Positions 8,454-18,992 of a stretch of 40,750 nucleotides of DNA are shown here, in pieces. Position 1 is the first letter of the stretch. Every line of letters begins with the position of its first letter. A program made the translations under genes and the position numbers. The stretch covers positions 1-40,750 of the forward strand of contig JBEICT010000002.1 in NCBI GenBank assembly GCA_040383865.1, written 5' to 3'. Under the pieces are notes generated by a model that saw nothing but the letters and a program-made list of their open reading frames with translations, did no database searches and was not told the origin of the DNA. This DNA is from Flavobacteriales bacterium. Lineage in GTDB: Bacteria > Bacteroidota > Bacteroidia > Flavobacteriales_F > PHOS-HE28.

Positions 8454-11400
8454 ATGAACAAGGATCGGATGGGATCGATGAACCTATTGGAGCTGATCGC
8501 AGCTTCTTTCAAGCACAGACCTACCGCAACGGCCATTATCTCCGAGGAAAAAGTCCTCACTTATGCCAGGCTCCATGAACACATGGACCGGATGGCCAGC
8601 GTCTTGGCCAAGCATCTGGTGTCGTCCGGTAGTACGGTCGGTCTCTGCCTTGACCGCTCTCCCGAGCTCATCATTGCCGTGCTAGGCATTGTGAAGACCG
8701 GCTCTGCCTATGTGCCCATCGACCCCACGTACCCAGCCGAACGCATCGCAGGGATGCTAGAGGACGCCAAGCCGCCGGTGGTCATCACCAACAAGGTGAA
8801 CCAACACCTCTTCAATGGCACGCAGGCCAAAGTGATCCTCATCGAAGACATTGACCTGGACAACGGTCCGAACTTCGAAGGCGCCTGCCCCGCCACGGCG
8901 GAGGAGCTGCTCTACGTGCTCTTCACCAGCGGCAGCACCGGCCGACCCAAGGGCGTGGCCATGCACCATGCGCCGCTCACCAACCTGATCCAGTGGCAGC
9001 TGCGCACCAGCGTGTGCCGAGAGGCAGATCGCACGCTCCAATTCGCGCCCATCAGCTTCGATGTGAGCTTCCAGGAGATCTTCACCACGTTCGCCCAGGG
9101 CGGCACGCTGGTATTGATCACCGATGAGGACCGCCTGAACAGCACCCAGCTCCTGCGGAAGATCATTGCCCAGAAGATCAACCGGATCATCGTGCCCTTC
9201 GTGGCGCTGCAATACCTCGCGGAAGCGGTGGAGCGCACCGGCGAAGTGCCGTCCACGCTGAAGGAGGTCTTCACCAGCGGCGAGCAGCTGAAGATCACAC
9301 CTGCCATCGCAAACCTCTTTAAGCAACTCCCCGGCTGCCGCTTCTGCAACCAGTACGGACCCACCGAAGGGCACGTGGTGAGCGAGCTCGAGTTGAAAGG
9401 CGATCCGAGCACGTGGCCTGCCTTGCCCAACATCGGAAGCGCCATCGATCACGTGAAGCTTTACGTGCTCGATGAGCAAATGAAGCCGGTGCCGCAAGGT
9501 GAAGAAGGCGAACTCTACCTCGGTGGTGCCTGCGTGGCCAAGGGCTACATCGGTCGTGACGACCTCACTGCCGAGCGTTTCCTCGTGGATCCGTTCATTC
9601 CCGGTGGTCGGCTGTACAAGACCGGCGACCGCGCCGCGGAATTGTCCAACGGCGAGATCGACTACAAGGGCCGCATCGATGGCCAGGTGAAAGTGCGCGG
9701 ATACCGGATCGAGCTGGGCGAAGTGGAAGTGGCCATGGAGAAGCATCCCGCGGTGGAGCAAGCCGTGGCCAACGTGCGCGAAGACCGTCCAGGATTGAAG
9801 CGCCTGATCGGCTACTACGTCGCGAAAAGCGAACTGAGCACCAACGAGCTGCGCAAGCACCTCGCCTCCCTCCTGCCCGACTACATGCAGCCTTCCGCCT
9901 TTGTGGCCGTGAAGGAACTACCGCGCACGCCGAGCGGCAAGATCGATCGCAAGGCACTGCCTGCGCCGGATGTGAAACGACCAGACCTGGATGTGGCCTA
10001 CGCCGCTCCTTCGACCGGCGCTCAAAAGACCCTCGCCAATGTGTGGGCCGATCTGCTCGGCATCGACCGTGTGGGCATCGACGACAACTTCTTCGATCTA
10101 GGGGGCAACTCGCTACTGAGCATCCAAGCAGTGGCACAGTTGGAAGGCCACGGCCTGAAGCTGCCGATCGTGAAGCTCTATCAGCACCCGACCGTACGCG
10201 CTTGTGCCGCATACCTGGAAGGAGATGCAGGCGCCATCGCTCCATCGGAAATGGCCAAGGCTCGCAAGACCGCCACAGGTGGTTCCAAAAAGGGTGACGT
10301 CGCCATCATCGGCATGAGCGGTCGTTTCCCGGGTGCGGAGAATGTGGAGCAGCTGTGGAAGAACCTGCTCGACAAAAAGAACAGCATCAGCACATGGACC
10401 GCGGACGAGCTCGACCCGAGCATCCCTGCGGAGCTGCGCAACGACCCCGACTATGTGAAGGCCCGCGGTGTGATCACCGATGCGGACAAGTTCGACCATG
10501 CCTTCTTCGGCGTGAACCCGAAAGTGGCCGCGTTGATGGATCCGCAGCAACGCGTGTTCCTGGAAACGGCCTGGGCCGCCTTGGAGGATGCCGCGTACGA
10601 TCCCGCACAGTTCGCTGGGCTCATCGGTGTCTATGCCGGCATGGGCAACAACACCTACTTCACACGCAACGTCATCGGTCATCCTGAGCTGATCGAGCAG
10701 GTCGGCGACTTCGCGGTGATGACCGCCAACGAGAAGGACTACATCGCCACACGCCTCGCCTTCGAGTTCGACCTTCGTGGTCCGGCGTTAAGCATCCATA
10801 CCGCGTGCAGTACCTCGTTGGTGGCGATCGCACAAGCGTTCAAGGCGCTGTGCGATGGGGAATGCGACATGGCGCTGGCCGGTGGCATCGCGCTCACCGT
10901 TCCCTTCAACAGCGGCATCGTGTACAACGAAGGTGGCATGTACAGCCCCGACGGCAGCACGCGCACCTTCGACGCCAATGGTAAAGGCACGAGCTTCAGC
11001 GATGGTACAGGCATCATCGTACTGAAACGTCTCGAAGATGCCATCCGTGACAACGACCAGATCTACGCCACCATCAAAGGCGCCGCGCTGAACAACGACG
11101 GCAGCGACAAAGCGAGCTTCACCGCACCCAGCGTGCGTGGCCAGGCGGAGGTGATCGCCATGGCACAGGCCGATGCGGGTGTGAGCCCGAACGAGATCAC
11201 CTACGTGGAGACGCACGGCACCGCCACCCCGCTCGGTGATCCGATCGAGGTGGAGGCACTGACGCTCGCCTTCGGCGGCAAGACCAATGGCCACCACTGC
11301 GTGATCGGCTCCATCAAGAGCAACATCGGACACTTGACCCCGGCCGCTGGTGCAGCGGGAGTGATCAAGACCGCGCTCGCCCTTCGGGAGGAAGTGATCC

Positions 11401-14400
11401 CTTCCAACGTTGGTTTCGAAACGCCGAACCCGGCCATCGACTTCGCCAATTCACCTTTCCGCGTGGCGAACGAGAACATCGCTTGGCCGCGCACCGGAAC
11501 TCCGCGCATCGCAGGCGTTTCCTCCTTCGGTGTGGGCGGAACGAACGCGCATGTGATCCTCGGGGAGCCGCCAGTGGCCAAGGCTTCGAGCGCTTCACGT
11601 AGCAAACAGCTCTTCCTGCTCAGCGCGAAGAGCAAGACGAGCCTCGATGCCATGACGGACAACCTCCGCAACTGGCTCGCAACGCATCCGAAGTCGTCCC
11701 TTGCCGATGCGGCCTACACGCTGCAAGTCGGACGTCGACACTTCAAGCACCGCCGATTGATCGTGGGTGGAAGTCATGGCGAGATGATGGAAGCCATCGC
11801 CAACAAGGACGCCGCAGCGATCGGTACACGCGAGCTGCATGAGGCCGCACCTGGGGTGGTGTTCATGTTCCCCGGACAAGGTTCGCAGTACGTGAACATG
11901 GGTCGGGATCTCTGCGAGTGCGAACCCGTCTTCAAGCAACACTTCGATCAGTGCTGTGACCTGTTCAGCAAGGAATTCGGGACTTCACTGCGCGACATCA
12001 TCTTCCCGAAAGCAGGTGAAGAAGAGAAGGCCGCCGAACAACTGAAACAGACCATCTACACACAGGCCTCCTTGTTCACGATGCACTACAGCCTCGCCAA
12101 GCTGTGGATGCATTGGGGCATCACGCCGGACGCGATGATGGGCCACAGCATCGGTGAGTTCGCTGCCGCCTGCCTCGCCGGTGTGTTCTCCCTGGAGGAC
12201 GCCGTGAAACTGGTGGCCAACCGCGGCCGCATGATGCAGGACCTGCCCGGCGGCAGCATGCTCAGCGTGCGCGCGGCGGAAGCGGATGTGGTCAAGAAGT
12301 TGCCCGCCGGATGCAGCATCGCCGCGAACAACGGTCCGCAATTGTGCGTGGCCAGCGGTCCGCACGAGGCGATCGCGAAGCTGCAGGCCGAGTTGGAGAA
12401 GGACGGCATCACCTGCAAGCTGTTGGTGACCAGCCACGCCTTCCACAGCCCCATGATGGACGCCATCGTGGAGCCCTATCGCAAGTTGGTGGAAAGCGTG
12501 AAGCTGAGCGCGCCGCGCATCCCCATCGTGAGCACGGTGACCGCCGAATGGCTGAAGGACGACGAGGCCACTTCGCCGAAGTATTGGAGCGATCACCTGC
12601 GAGCCACCGTGCGTTTCGCGCAGGCCGTGAAATTCGCGTGGAGCGATGCTGACCGCGTGATGCTGGAAGTTGGTCCGCGTACCACCGCTACAACGCTGGC
12701 CCGCCAGCAGAGCACGGACAACAAGAAACAAGCAGCGGTGCCCTCGTTGGGCGATTCCGCAGGAAACGGCAATGAGCTGACGCAACTGCTGAAAGCCGTT
12801 GGTGGCCTGTGGCAGACCGGCGTGCTCATCGACTGGAGCAAGTTCTACGAGGCAGAGACGCGTCATCGCATCTCATTGCCCACTTACGCGTTCGAGCGCA
12901 TCCGTCACTGGGTGGATCCCGTGGCGATGGTGGCCGATGGTGGTCGAGCCGTGGCCAGCACAACGATCGAGGCCCCCGTACCGAACAGCGGCGATGCCCT
13001 TCTCACCCCCAAGGAAGCCCTCGTCGCGCAGATCAAGCAGCTGCTGGAAGAGAGCTCCGGTCTGGAACTGGCTGAGGTGAGCAATGAGGAGACCTTCCTG
13101 GAAATGGGCCTCGACTCGCTGTTCCTGACGCAGGTCGCGACCTCGCTCAGCAAGAAGTTCGGCGTGAAGATCTCGTTCCGTCAATTGAACGAAGAGCTGC
13201 CCAACCTGGACAAGCTGGCGGACCATATCCTGCCGCATTGGACCAACGCAGGGGCTGTTGCAAGTTCAGGCGCCAAGAGCGACACGGCTGCTGCATCCGC
13301 ACCTGCGATCAATGCCCTCGAGGACGCCCCGGAGCTCAAAAAGGTCTTCGGCGCCCAGGCACGGATCGTGAAGGAGAAGGTGGACGACATGACGCCGCAG
13401 CAACGTGCGTGGTTCGACGCCTTTTTAAAGCGCTACGTGGCCAAGACCGCCAAGAGCAAGGCCTTCACGCAGGAGAACCGCAAGCCAATGGCCGATCCGC
13501 GCGTGGTCACCGGTTTCAAGCCGCAAACGAAGGAACTCATCTACCAGGTCGTGGTGGACAAGAGCAGCGGTTGCCACCTGTGGGACATCGACGGCAACGA
13601 GTACGTGGACATCCTCAGCGGCTTCGGCAGCTCGATGTTCGGCTACATGCCCGATTTCATCAAGGAAGCCTGCCACAAGCAGATCGATACCAGCGTGGAG
13701 ATCGGACCGATGCACCCGCTCGCCGCTGAAGTGTCAAAGCTCTTGTGCGAACTCACCGGTGCCGAACGCGCTGCGGTCTGCAACACGGGGTCTGAGGCAG
13801 TTCTCGGCGCTATGCGGATGGCCCGCACGGTCACCGGCCGTAGCCTGATCATTTCCTTCAGTGGAAGCTACCACGGCATCAACGACGAGGTGATCATCCG
13901 CGGCAGCAAGAGCAAGAAAAGCTACCCTGGCGCGCCCGGCATCATGCCCGAGGCCGTGCAGAACATGCTGGTGCTCGACTACGGTACACCGGAAAGTCTC
14001 GAGATCATCAAGCAACGTTGCCATGAGGCCGCAGCGATCCTGGTGGAACCAGTGCAAAGCCGCCGCATGGAGTTCCGTCCGGTGGACTTCCTCCGCGAGG
14101 TGCGCCGCATCACGCAGGAGAACGGTACCGCGCTGATCTTCGATGAGGTGATCACCGGCTTCCGCACGCACCCCAACGGCACGCAGGCGCTCTTCGGCAT
14201 CCAGGCCGACATCGGCACCTATGGCAAGGTGATCGGTGGCGGCATGCCCGTAGGCGCCATGATCGGCAAGAGCGAATGGATGGACGCCCTCGACGGCGGC
14301 CACTGGCAGTACGGCGACGACAGCGTGCCGCCTGCCGGTGTCACCTACTTTGCCGGCACCTTCGTGCGACACCCGCTGACGCTGGCCGCCATGAAGGCCG

Positions 14401-14927
14401 CGCTGGTGTATATGAAGAACGAAGGCCCCGCCTTGCAGGAGCGCCTCAACACCACCACCGAGGACATGGTGGCGCGCGTGAACGGTCTCTTCGACCAGTA
14501 CCAGCTCCCCTACCGTTGGGTGAACTTCGGCAGCGCGTTCAAGACGAAGTATGACGAGAGCGTCAACTACACCGAGCTCTTCTTCATGCTGATGCGCTAC
14601 CACGGCGTGCATGTGCTGGATTTCCCGCACTTCATCACCACAGCGCATACAACTGCGGACATCGCGTTCATCATCAGCGCGGTGGAGAAGACCTGCAAGG
14701 AGCTGCGCGAAAGCGGCTTCATGCCGGAGCGCACCTACCCCATCCCCGTGGTGAACAGCGTGCTAGGCGGGCATGTGCGAAAGCTGAGCGAGCGTGTGAT
14801 CAGCGCGATGGAGCCACCGGTACCAGGCGCACGCATGGGACGCACGCCGAAAGGCGAGCCCGCATGGTTCGTGCCCGACCCGAATCGGCAGGGCAAATAC
14901 CTCATGGTTGAACTGGACGAGAACTGA
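8454..14927 (+). CDS. Hybrid NRPS-PKS, domain order A-T-KS-AT-ACP-aminotransferase (class III, PLP)
   Basis: A: LYVLFTSGSTGRPKGV, FDVSFQE, NQYGPTE, GRIDGQVKVRGYRIELGEVE, PSGKIDRKAL. T: FFDLGGNSLL (Ser codon 10110). KS: DVAIIGMSGRFPG, HTACSTSLVA (Cys codon 10806), ETHGTATPLGDP, KSNIGHL. AT: FMFPGQGSQY, GHSIGEF (Ser codon 12147), SHAFHS. ACP: LEMGLDSLF (Ser codon 13116). AmT: SGSEAVLGAMRMAR, FDEVITGFR, YGKVIGGGMPVGA (Lys codon 14226). There is no KR/DH/ER between AT and ACP. Alternative in-frame starts lie at 8469 and 8478. Confidence 0.93.
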   Translation: MNKDRMGSMNLLELIAASFKHRPTATAIISEEKVLTYARLHEHMDRMASVLAKHLVSSGSTVGLCLDRSPELIIAVLGIVKTGSAYVPIDPTYPAERIAGMLEDAKPPVVITNKVNQHLFNGTQAKVILIEDIDLDNGPNFEGACPATAEELLYVLFTSGSTGRPKGVAMHHAPLTNLIQWQLRTSVCREADRTLQFAPISFDVSFQEIFTTFAQGGTLVLITDEDRLNSTQLLRKIIAQKINRIIVPFVALQYLAEAVERTGEVPSTLKEVFTSGEQLKITPAIANLFKQLPGCRFCNQYGPTEGHVVSELELKGDPSTWPALPNIGSAIDHVKLYVLDEQMKPVPQGEEGELYLGGACVAKGYIGRDDLTAERFLVDPFIPGGRLYKTGDRAAELSNGEIDYKGRIDGQVKVRGYRIELGEVEVAMEKHPAVEQAVANVREDRPGLKRLIGYYVAKSELSTNELRKHLASLLPDYMQPSAFVAVKELPRTPSGKIDRKALPAPDVKRPDLDVAYAAPSTGAQKTLANVWADLLGIDRVGIDDNFFDLGGNSLLSIQAVAQLEGHGLKLPIVKLYQHPTVRACAAYLEGDAGAIAPSEMAKARKTATGGSKKGDVAIIGMSGRFPGAENVEQLWKNLLDKKNSISTWTADELDPSIPAELRNDPDYVKARGVITDADKFDHAFFGVNPKVAALMDPQQRVFLETAWAALEDAAYDPAQFAGLIGVYAGMGNNTYFTRNVIGHPELIEQVGDFAVMTANEKDYIATRLAFEFDLRGPALSIHTACSTSLVAIAQAFKALCDGECDMALAGGIALTVPFNSGIVYNEGGMYSPDGSTRTFDANGKGTSFSDGTGIIVLKRLEDAIRDNDQIYATIKGAALNNDGSDKASFTAPSVRGQAEVIAMAQADAGVSPNEITYVETHGTATPLGDPIEVEALTLAFGGKTNGHHCVIGSIKSNIGHLTPAAGAAGVIKTALALREEVIPSNVGFETPNPAIDFANSPFRVANENIAWPRTGTPRIAGVSSFGVGGTNAHVILGEPPVAKASSASRSKQLFLLSAKSKTSLDAMTDNLRNWLATHPKSSLADAAYTLQVGRRHFKHRRLIVGGSHGEMMEAIANKDAAAIGTRELHEAAPGVVFMFPGQGSQYVNMGRDLCECEPVFKQHFDQCCDLFSKEFGTSLRDIIFPKAGEEEKAAEQLKQTIYTQASLFTMHYSLAKLWMHWGITPDAMMGHSIGEFAAACLAGVFSLEDAVKLVANRGRMMQDLPGGSMLSVRAAEADVVKKLPAGCSIAANNGPQLCVASGPHEAIAKLQAELEKDGITCKLLVTSHAFHSPMMDAIVEPYRKLVESVKLSAPRIPIVSTVTAEWLKDDEATSPKYWSDHLRATVRFAQAVKFAWSDADRVMLEVGPRTTATTLARQQSTDNKKQAAVPSLGDSAGNGNELTQLLKAVGGLWQTGVLIDWSKFYEAETRHRISLPTYAFERIRHWVDPVAMVADGGRAVASTTIEAPVPNSGDALLTPKEALVAQIKQLLEESSGLELAEVSNEETFLEMGLDSLFLTQVATSLSKKFGVKISFRQLNEELPNLDKLADHILPHWTNAGAVASSGAKSDTAAASAPAINALEDAPELKKVFGAQARIVKEKVDDMTPQQRAWFDAFLKRYVAKTAKSKAFTQENRKPMADPRVVTGFKPQTKELIYQVVVDKSSGCHLWDIDGNEYVDILSGFGSSMFGYMPDFIKEACHKQIDTSVEIGPMHPLAAEVSKLLCELTGAERAAVCNTGSEAVLGAMRMARTVTGRSLIISFSGSYHGINDEVIIRGSKSKKSYPGAPGIMPEAVQNMLVLDYGTPESLEIIKQRCHEAAAILVEPVQSRRMEFRPVDFLREVRRITQENGTALIFDEVITGFRTHPNGTQALFGIQADIGTYGKVIGGGMPVGAMIGKSEWMDALDGGHWQYGDDSVPPAGVTYFAGTFVRHPLTLAAMKAALVYMKNEGPALQERLNTTTEDMVARVNGLFDQYQLPYRWVNFGSAFKTKYDESVNYTELFFMLMRYHGVHVLDFPHFITTAHTTADIAFIISAVEKTCKELRESGFMPERTYPIPVVNSVLGGHVRKLSERVISAMEPPVPGARMGRTPKGEPAWFVPDPNRQGKYLMVELDEN

Positions 14928-14936
14928 GCGAGCAGC

Positions 14937-17900
14937 ATGGAGAAGTTCATCCAAGAACCCCGATTCGTCGCTGTTGACTTCAACCCCTTCATCGGGCCAG
15001 CGATCGAGCGCACCATCCCCACTACGGAAGCACAGCGCGAGGTGCTCACCGCCTCCGAGATGGGCGTGGATGCCAGCTGCGCGTACAACGAGAGCGTATC
15101 CCTGGAACTGAAGGGAGCGCTCGACCAGACCGCACTGGAGCGCGCAATGCACGAACTGGTGAAACGACACGAAGCACTGCGCTCCACGCTCAATGCCAGC
15201 GGCACACGCATGCTGGTGACTGACGAAGTGCGCTTTCATCTGCCCGTCATCGACCTTTCCACGCATAACGAGGTCGAGCTCAGCAAGCAGCTCGATGCCA
15301 TCGCGAGGAAGGACATGACCACGCCCTTCGACCTGCGCCATGGGCCTCTGTTCCGTGCCCAGTTGATCAAGATCGCCAGCGATGCGCACCTGCTACGGCT
15401 ATGCGGCCACCACGTGGTGTGCGACGGCTGGAGCCTTGGCATCATGATGGCCGAGATCAGCGCGCTGTACAATGCATCGAAGAGCGGTGGCATGCCGAAG
15501 CTGCCGGAAGCAAGCACCTTCAGCGAGTACAGCGTCGCCACCATCGACTTCGCGAAAAGCCCCGACCACGCGGTGGTTGAACGTTACTGGCTTGACCTTT
15601 ACAAGGGACCCCTACCCCGCCTCGACCTCCCCACCGACCGTCCACGGCCGAAGCAGAAGACCTACAAGGGCAACCGCCTCGACCTACAGCTCACGCAGGA
15701 CCTGGTGCGCGGCCTGAAGGAAGTGGCCACGCGCAGTGGCGCCAGCTTCGTCACCACCTTGATGACCACCTTCGAGGTGCTACTGCACAAGCTCACCGGA
15801 GACAGCGACATCGTGGTGGGCCTGCCCGCCGCCGGCCAGAGCGATCTGGGCATGAAGCACCTGGTGGGGCATTGCGTGAACCTGCTCGCTCTTCGCAGCC
15901 GCATCGATGAGGAACAATCCTTCATCGAGCATCTGAAGGCACGTCGCACCGGTGTGCTCGATGCCTTCGACAACCAGAAGTACACCTTCGGAACGCTCCT
16001 TCGGAAGCTGAACGTGCCACGCGAGCCAGGCCGCATCCCGCTGTGCCCCGTGGTGTTCAACATCGACATGAACATGGACGATGGTGTGGGCTTCGATGGC
16101 CTTCAGCATCGCTTCATATCGAACCCACGAGCCTTTGAGAACTTCGAGCTGTTCCTCAACGCCACGGGCAACGAAGGGCACCTCACGCTGGAATGGAGCT
16201 ACAACACCGACCTATTCGAAGAGGCCACCGTACGCGGCTGGATGGATCAACTGATCGCGCTCATCCAACGCGTCATCGCTCATCCCAACGCACCCATTGT
16301 TGAACTCATCGGCGATGGGCCCTTGGGAGCGGAGAAGGTGTCGGTACCGACCGAATGGCAAGGGAAGGCCGTGACCTATCCAAAGAGCAAAGGCGTGAAC
16401 ACCTTGTTCGATGAGGTGGTGGCGCAATACCCCGACCGGACCGCTCTCGTGCAGCGAGACCAGCAGTTGACCTATGCCCAACTGCAGGAACGTGTCCTGG
16501 CACTGACCGCATTGCTCAAGGAGAACGGCGTAAAGCCGGGCGACCTGGTAGCGCTCTGCAGCGAACGGAATTTCCGATTGGTGGAAGCACAGCTGGCCAT
16601 CCTCCGTGCCGGTGCCGCCTTCGTGCCCATCGACCACACCTACCCGGCCGAAAGGATCCACTTGTTGTTCGAGGACACGCGCGCCGAACTGCTGCTCACC
16701 GAGAAGGCCCTTGAGAAAGTGCTGCCACCTCATGGGGCACGTGTGATCCTGTTGGACGGCAACGAGATCCCGAAGTCAAGGCTCGCTGACCATGTCCCCA
16801 TTGAAGGCCCGGAAACAGCGGCCTATATCATGTACACCAGCGGCAGCACGGGTAGGCCGAAAGGTGTCGTGGTACCGCACCGTGGCATCGTCAGGCTGGT
16901 GCGCGACCAGAACTACGCACCCTTCGGACCGGACGCGGTCATCACCCAACTGAGCAACGTATCCTTCGATGCCAGCACCTTCGAGCTCTGGGGTGCGTTG
17001 TTGAACGGTGGACGACTGGTATTGCAGCCGCAGTCGAAACCGACGTTGGCAGAAGTGACCGAGACCATCGAGCGTTACGGCGTGAACATCATGTTCATCA
17101 CCACCGGACTGTTCAACGTACTGGTGGATGAACACGTGGACCGTTTAAAGGGCTTAAAGTGTATTCTGACCGGCGGTGAAGTGATGAGCCTGCCGCACAT
17201 CCGCAAGGCACTGAGCGTGTTGGGCCCCGGCGTGTTGAACAACATCTACGGACCTACCGAGAACACCACGTTCAGTTGCTTCCATCCGATCAATTCGGCA
17301 GAGGACATTGGCAAGCAAGTACCCATCGGAAAGCCGATCAACAACACCTTCCTCTATGTCCTCGACGAGCAGCGCAAACCGGTCCCGGTCGGTGCGAAGG
17401 GCGAGCTTTACTGCGGTGGCGACGGCGTGGCATTGGGCTATTGGGAACGTCCCGACCTCAATGAAGAGCGCTTCCTGCACGACCCCTTCAGGGGTGGTGA
17501 CGCACGCATGTACCGGAGCGGTGACCTGGTGAAATGGCTGCCCAACGGCACGCTGGAGTTCCTGGGCCGTGCCGATGACCAGGTGAAGGTCCGTGGTTTC
17601 CGTATCGAGCTGGGCGAGATCGAGAACGCCATCAGTGCGTTCACCGGTGTGCGCGACCGGTTGGTCATGGTGCGCCGTGACATGCCCGGTGATCAGCAAC
17701 TGGTGGCCTACGTCGTTCCGGAAGGGTTCGACCCAACGACAGACCCTGCACAGAGCGAACACTTCCTGGACGGGGTGCGCCAGCATCTGGCATCGGCACT
17801 ACCCGCCTTCATGATGCCTTCGTTCTTCGTGGCCCTTTCATCGTTCCCACTGAACCCGAACGGCAAAGTGGACAAGAAGCTGCTTCCAAAGCCCGAGCTA

Positions 17901-18902
17901 CGCAGTGCCCACATGCGCGCCCAGTATGTTGCTCCGCGCAACACCGAGGAGGTCGGACTTGCCGAGATCTGGTCCAAGGCGCTCGGCGTGGCTGAGGTCG
18001 GCATCCATGATGATTTCTTCGACCTTGGCGGTCATTCCATCATGGGCATCCAGATGCTCGCCCACATCGAGCAGCGCTTCGAGAAGGCCCTGCCGTTGAA
18101 AGCCCTCTTCGAAGCACCCACCATCGCGCAGTTCGCTGCGTTGCTTCGTGGCGACACCACGGACAGGAATTGGAAGAACCTTTCGGCCATTCGGCCAGCA
18201 GGTTCGGGCATCCCCCTGTTCTGCGTACATGGCGATGAGGCCAGCCACTCCCTGCCCAAGTACCTCGACCCCGACACCCCGTTCTATGCCTTCTTCCACC
18301 AAGGTGAGGATGGCAAGGAGATCCGCTATACGTCCGTGGAATCGATCGCGAAGCACTTCATCTCTGAACTGAAGCAAGCACGGCCAGCGGGGCCTTACCT
18401 GCTCTGCGGATATTCGTTCGGTGGCATTGTGGCCTACGAAATGGCGCAGCAGCTTATCGCCATGGGCGACGAGGTGCCATTGGTGGTGGTTTTCGACACC
18501 TACGCACCGGCCATGCACGGCAAAGCGATCGAAAGCGACCTGAAGTTCTACGACCCACTGAAGAAGCGCATCATGCGTGGCCTGGTATCGCAGTATTTGC
18601 GCAATGGCGGCACGGTGCCCACACGTCTGCGGAACTTCCACATCATCGACACCTACGACCGAGCCGCGATGGCTTATGCTCCGAAGCCCTTCAAAGGCCG
18701 GTTGGCCGTGTTCAAGGCCGAACATTCGTGGGGGCCGAACGAGATGGGTTGGAACGAACTGGCCGCGAACGATGTCGATATACATGTGCTTCCCGGCGAC
18801 CACTACACCATGATCGAAGAGCCGCAGGTACAGGCCCTGGCCCGCGAACTTTCGGAATGCATCCGGAGCACCGTGGGGAAGGCTGAAACGGTTCACCACT
18901 GA
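14937..18902 (+). CDS. NRPS termination module, C-A-T-TE
   Basis: C: GHHVVCDGWS (His codon 15408). A: AAYIMYTSGSTGRPKGV, FDASTFE, NIYGPTE, GRADDQVKVRGFRIELGEIE, PNGKVDKKLL. T: FFDLGGHSIM (Ser codon 18036). TE: LFCVHGDE, GYSFGG (Ser codon 18414), LPGDHY. Starts 9 nt after the upstream stop. Confidence 0.93.
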   Translation: MEKFIQEPRFVAVDFNPFIGPAIERTIPTTEAQREVLTASEMGVDASCAYNESVSLELKGALDQTALERAMHELVKRHEALRSTLNASGTRMLVTDEVRFHLPVIDLSTHNEVELSKQLDAIARKDMTTPFDLRHGPLFRAQLIKIASDAHLLRLCGHHVVCDGWSLGIMMAEISALYNASKSGGMPKLPEASTFSEYSVATIDFAKSPDHAVVERYWLDLYKGPLPRLDLPTDRPRPKQKTYKGNRLDLQLTQDLVRGLKEVATRSGASFVTTLMTTFEVLLHKLTGDSDIVVGLPAAGQSDLGMKHLVGHCVNLLALRSRIDEEQSFIEHLKARRTGVLDAFDNQKYTFGTLLRKLNVPREPGRIPLCPVVFNIDMNMDDGVGFDGLQHRFISNPRAFENFELFLNATGNEGHLTLEWSYNTDLFEEATVRGWMDQLIALIQRVIAHPNAPIVELIGDGPLGAEKVSVPTEWQGKAVTYPKSKGVNTLFDEVVAQYPDRTALVQRDQQLTYAQLQERVLALTALLKENGVKPGDLVALCSERNFRLVEAQLAILRAGAAFVPIDHTYPAERIHLLFEDTRAELLLTEKALEKVLPPHGARVILLDGNEIPKSRLADHVPIEGPETAAYIMYTSGSTGRPKGVVVPHRGIVRLVRDQNYAPFGPDAVITQLSNVSFDASTFELWGALLNGGRLVLQPQSKPTLAEVTETIERYGVNIMFITTGLFNVLVDEHVDRLKGLKCILTGGEVMSLPHIRKALSVLGPGVLNNIYGPTENTTFSCFHPINSAEDIGKQVPIGKPINNTFLYVLDEQRKPVPVGAKGELYCGGDGVALGYWERPDLNEERFLHDPFRGGDARMYRSGDLVKWLPNGTLEFLGRADDQVKVRGFRIELGEIENAISAFTGVRDRLVMVRRDMPGDQQLVAYVVPEGFDPTTDPAQSEHFLDGVRQHLASALPAFMMPSFFVALSSFPLNPNGKVDKKLLPKPELRSAHMRAQYVAPRNTEEVGLAEIWSKALGVAEVGIHDDFFDLGGHSIMGIQMLAHIEQRFEKALPLKALFEAPTIAQFAALLRGDTTDRNWKNLSAIRPAGSGIPLFCVHGDEASHSLPKYLDPDTPFYAFFHQGEDGKEIRYTSVESIAKHFISELKQARPAGPYLLCGYSFGGIVAYEMAQQLIAMGDEVPLVVVFDTYAPAMHGKAIESDLKFYDPLKKRIMRGLVSQYLRNGGTVPTRLRNFHIIDTYDRAAMAYAPKPFKGRLAVFKAEHSWGPNEMGWNELAANDVDIHVLPGDHYTMIEEPQVQALARELSECIRSTVGKAETVHH

Positions 18903-18992
18903 AAGGTCCGACCATGATGGAACGGCGTTCAGCGAAGGCCATATCCCTTCCGTCGACACCAGGTTGACCGTTTCTGAACACCCGGATAGCTT

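Noticed and set aside
8454-9968. Fatty acyl-AMP ligase (lipoinitiation) role for the first adenylation domain, as in MycA/ItuA
   Set aside because: The domain has the full NRPS A-domain motif set. This includes FDVS with the alpha-amino-binding Asp and the GRIDGQVKVRGYRIELGEVE and PSGKIDRKAL motifs. No starter C domain is present. An amino acid substrate is therefore more likely.
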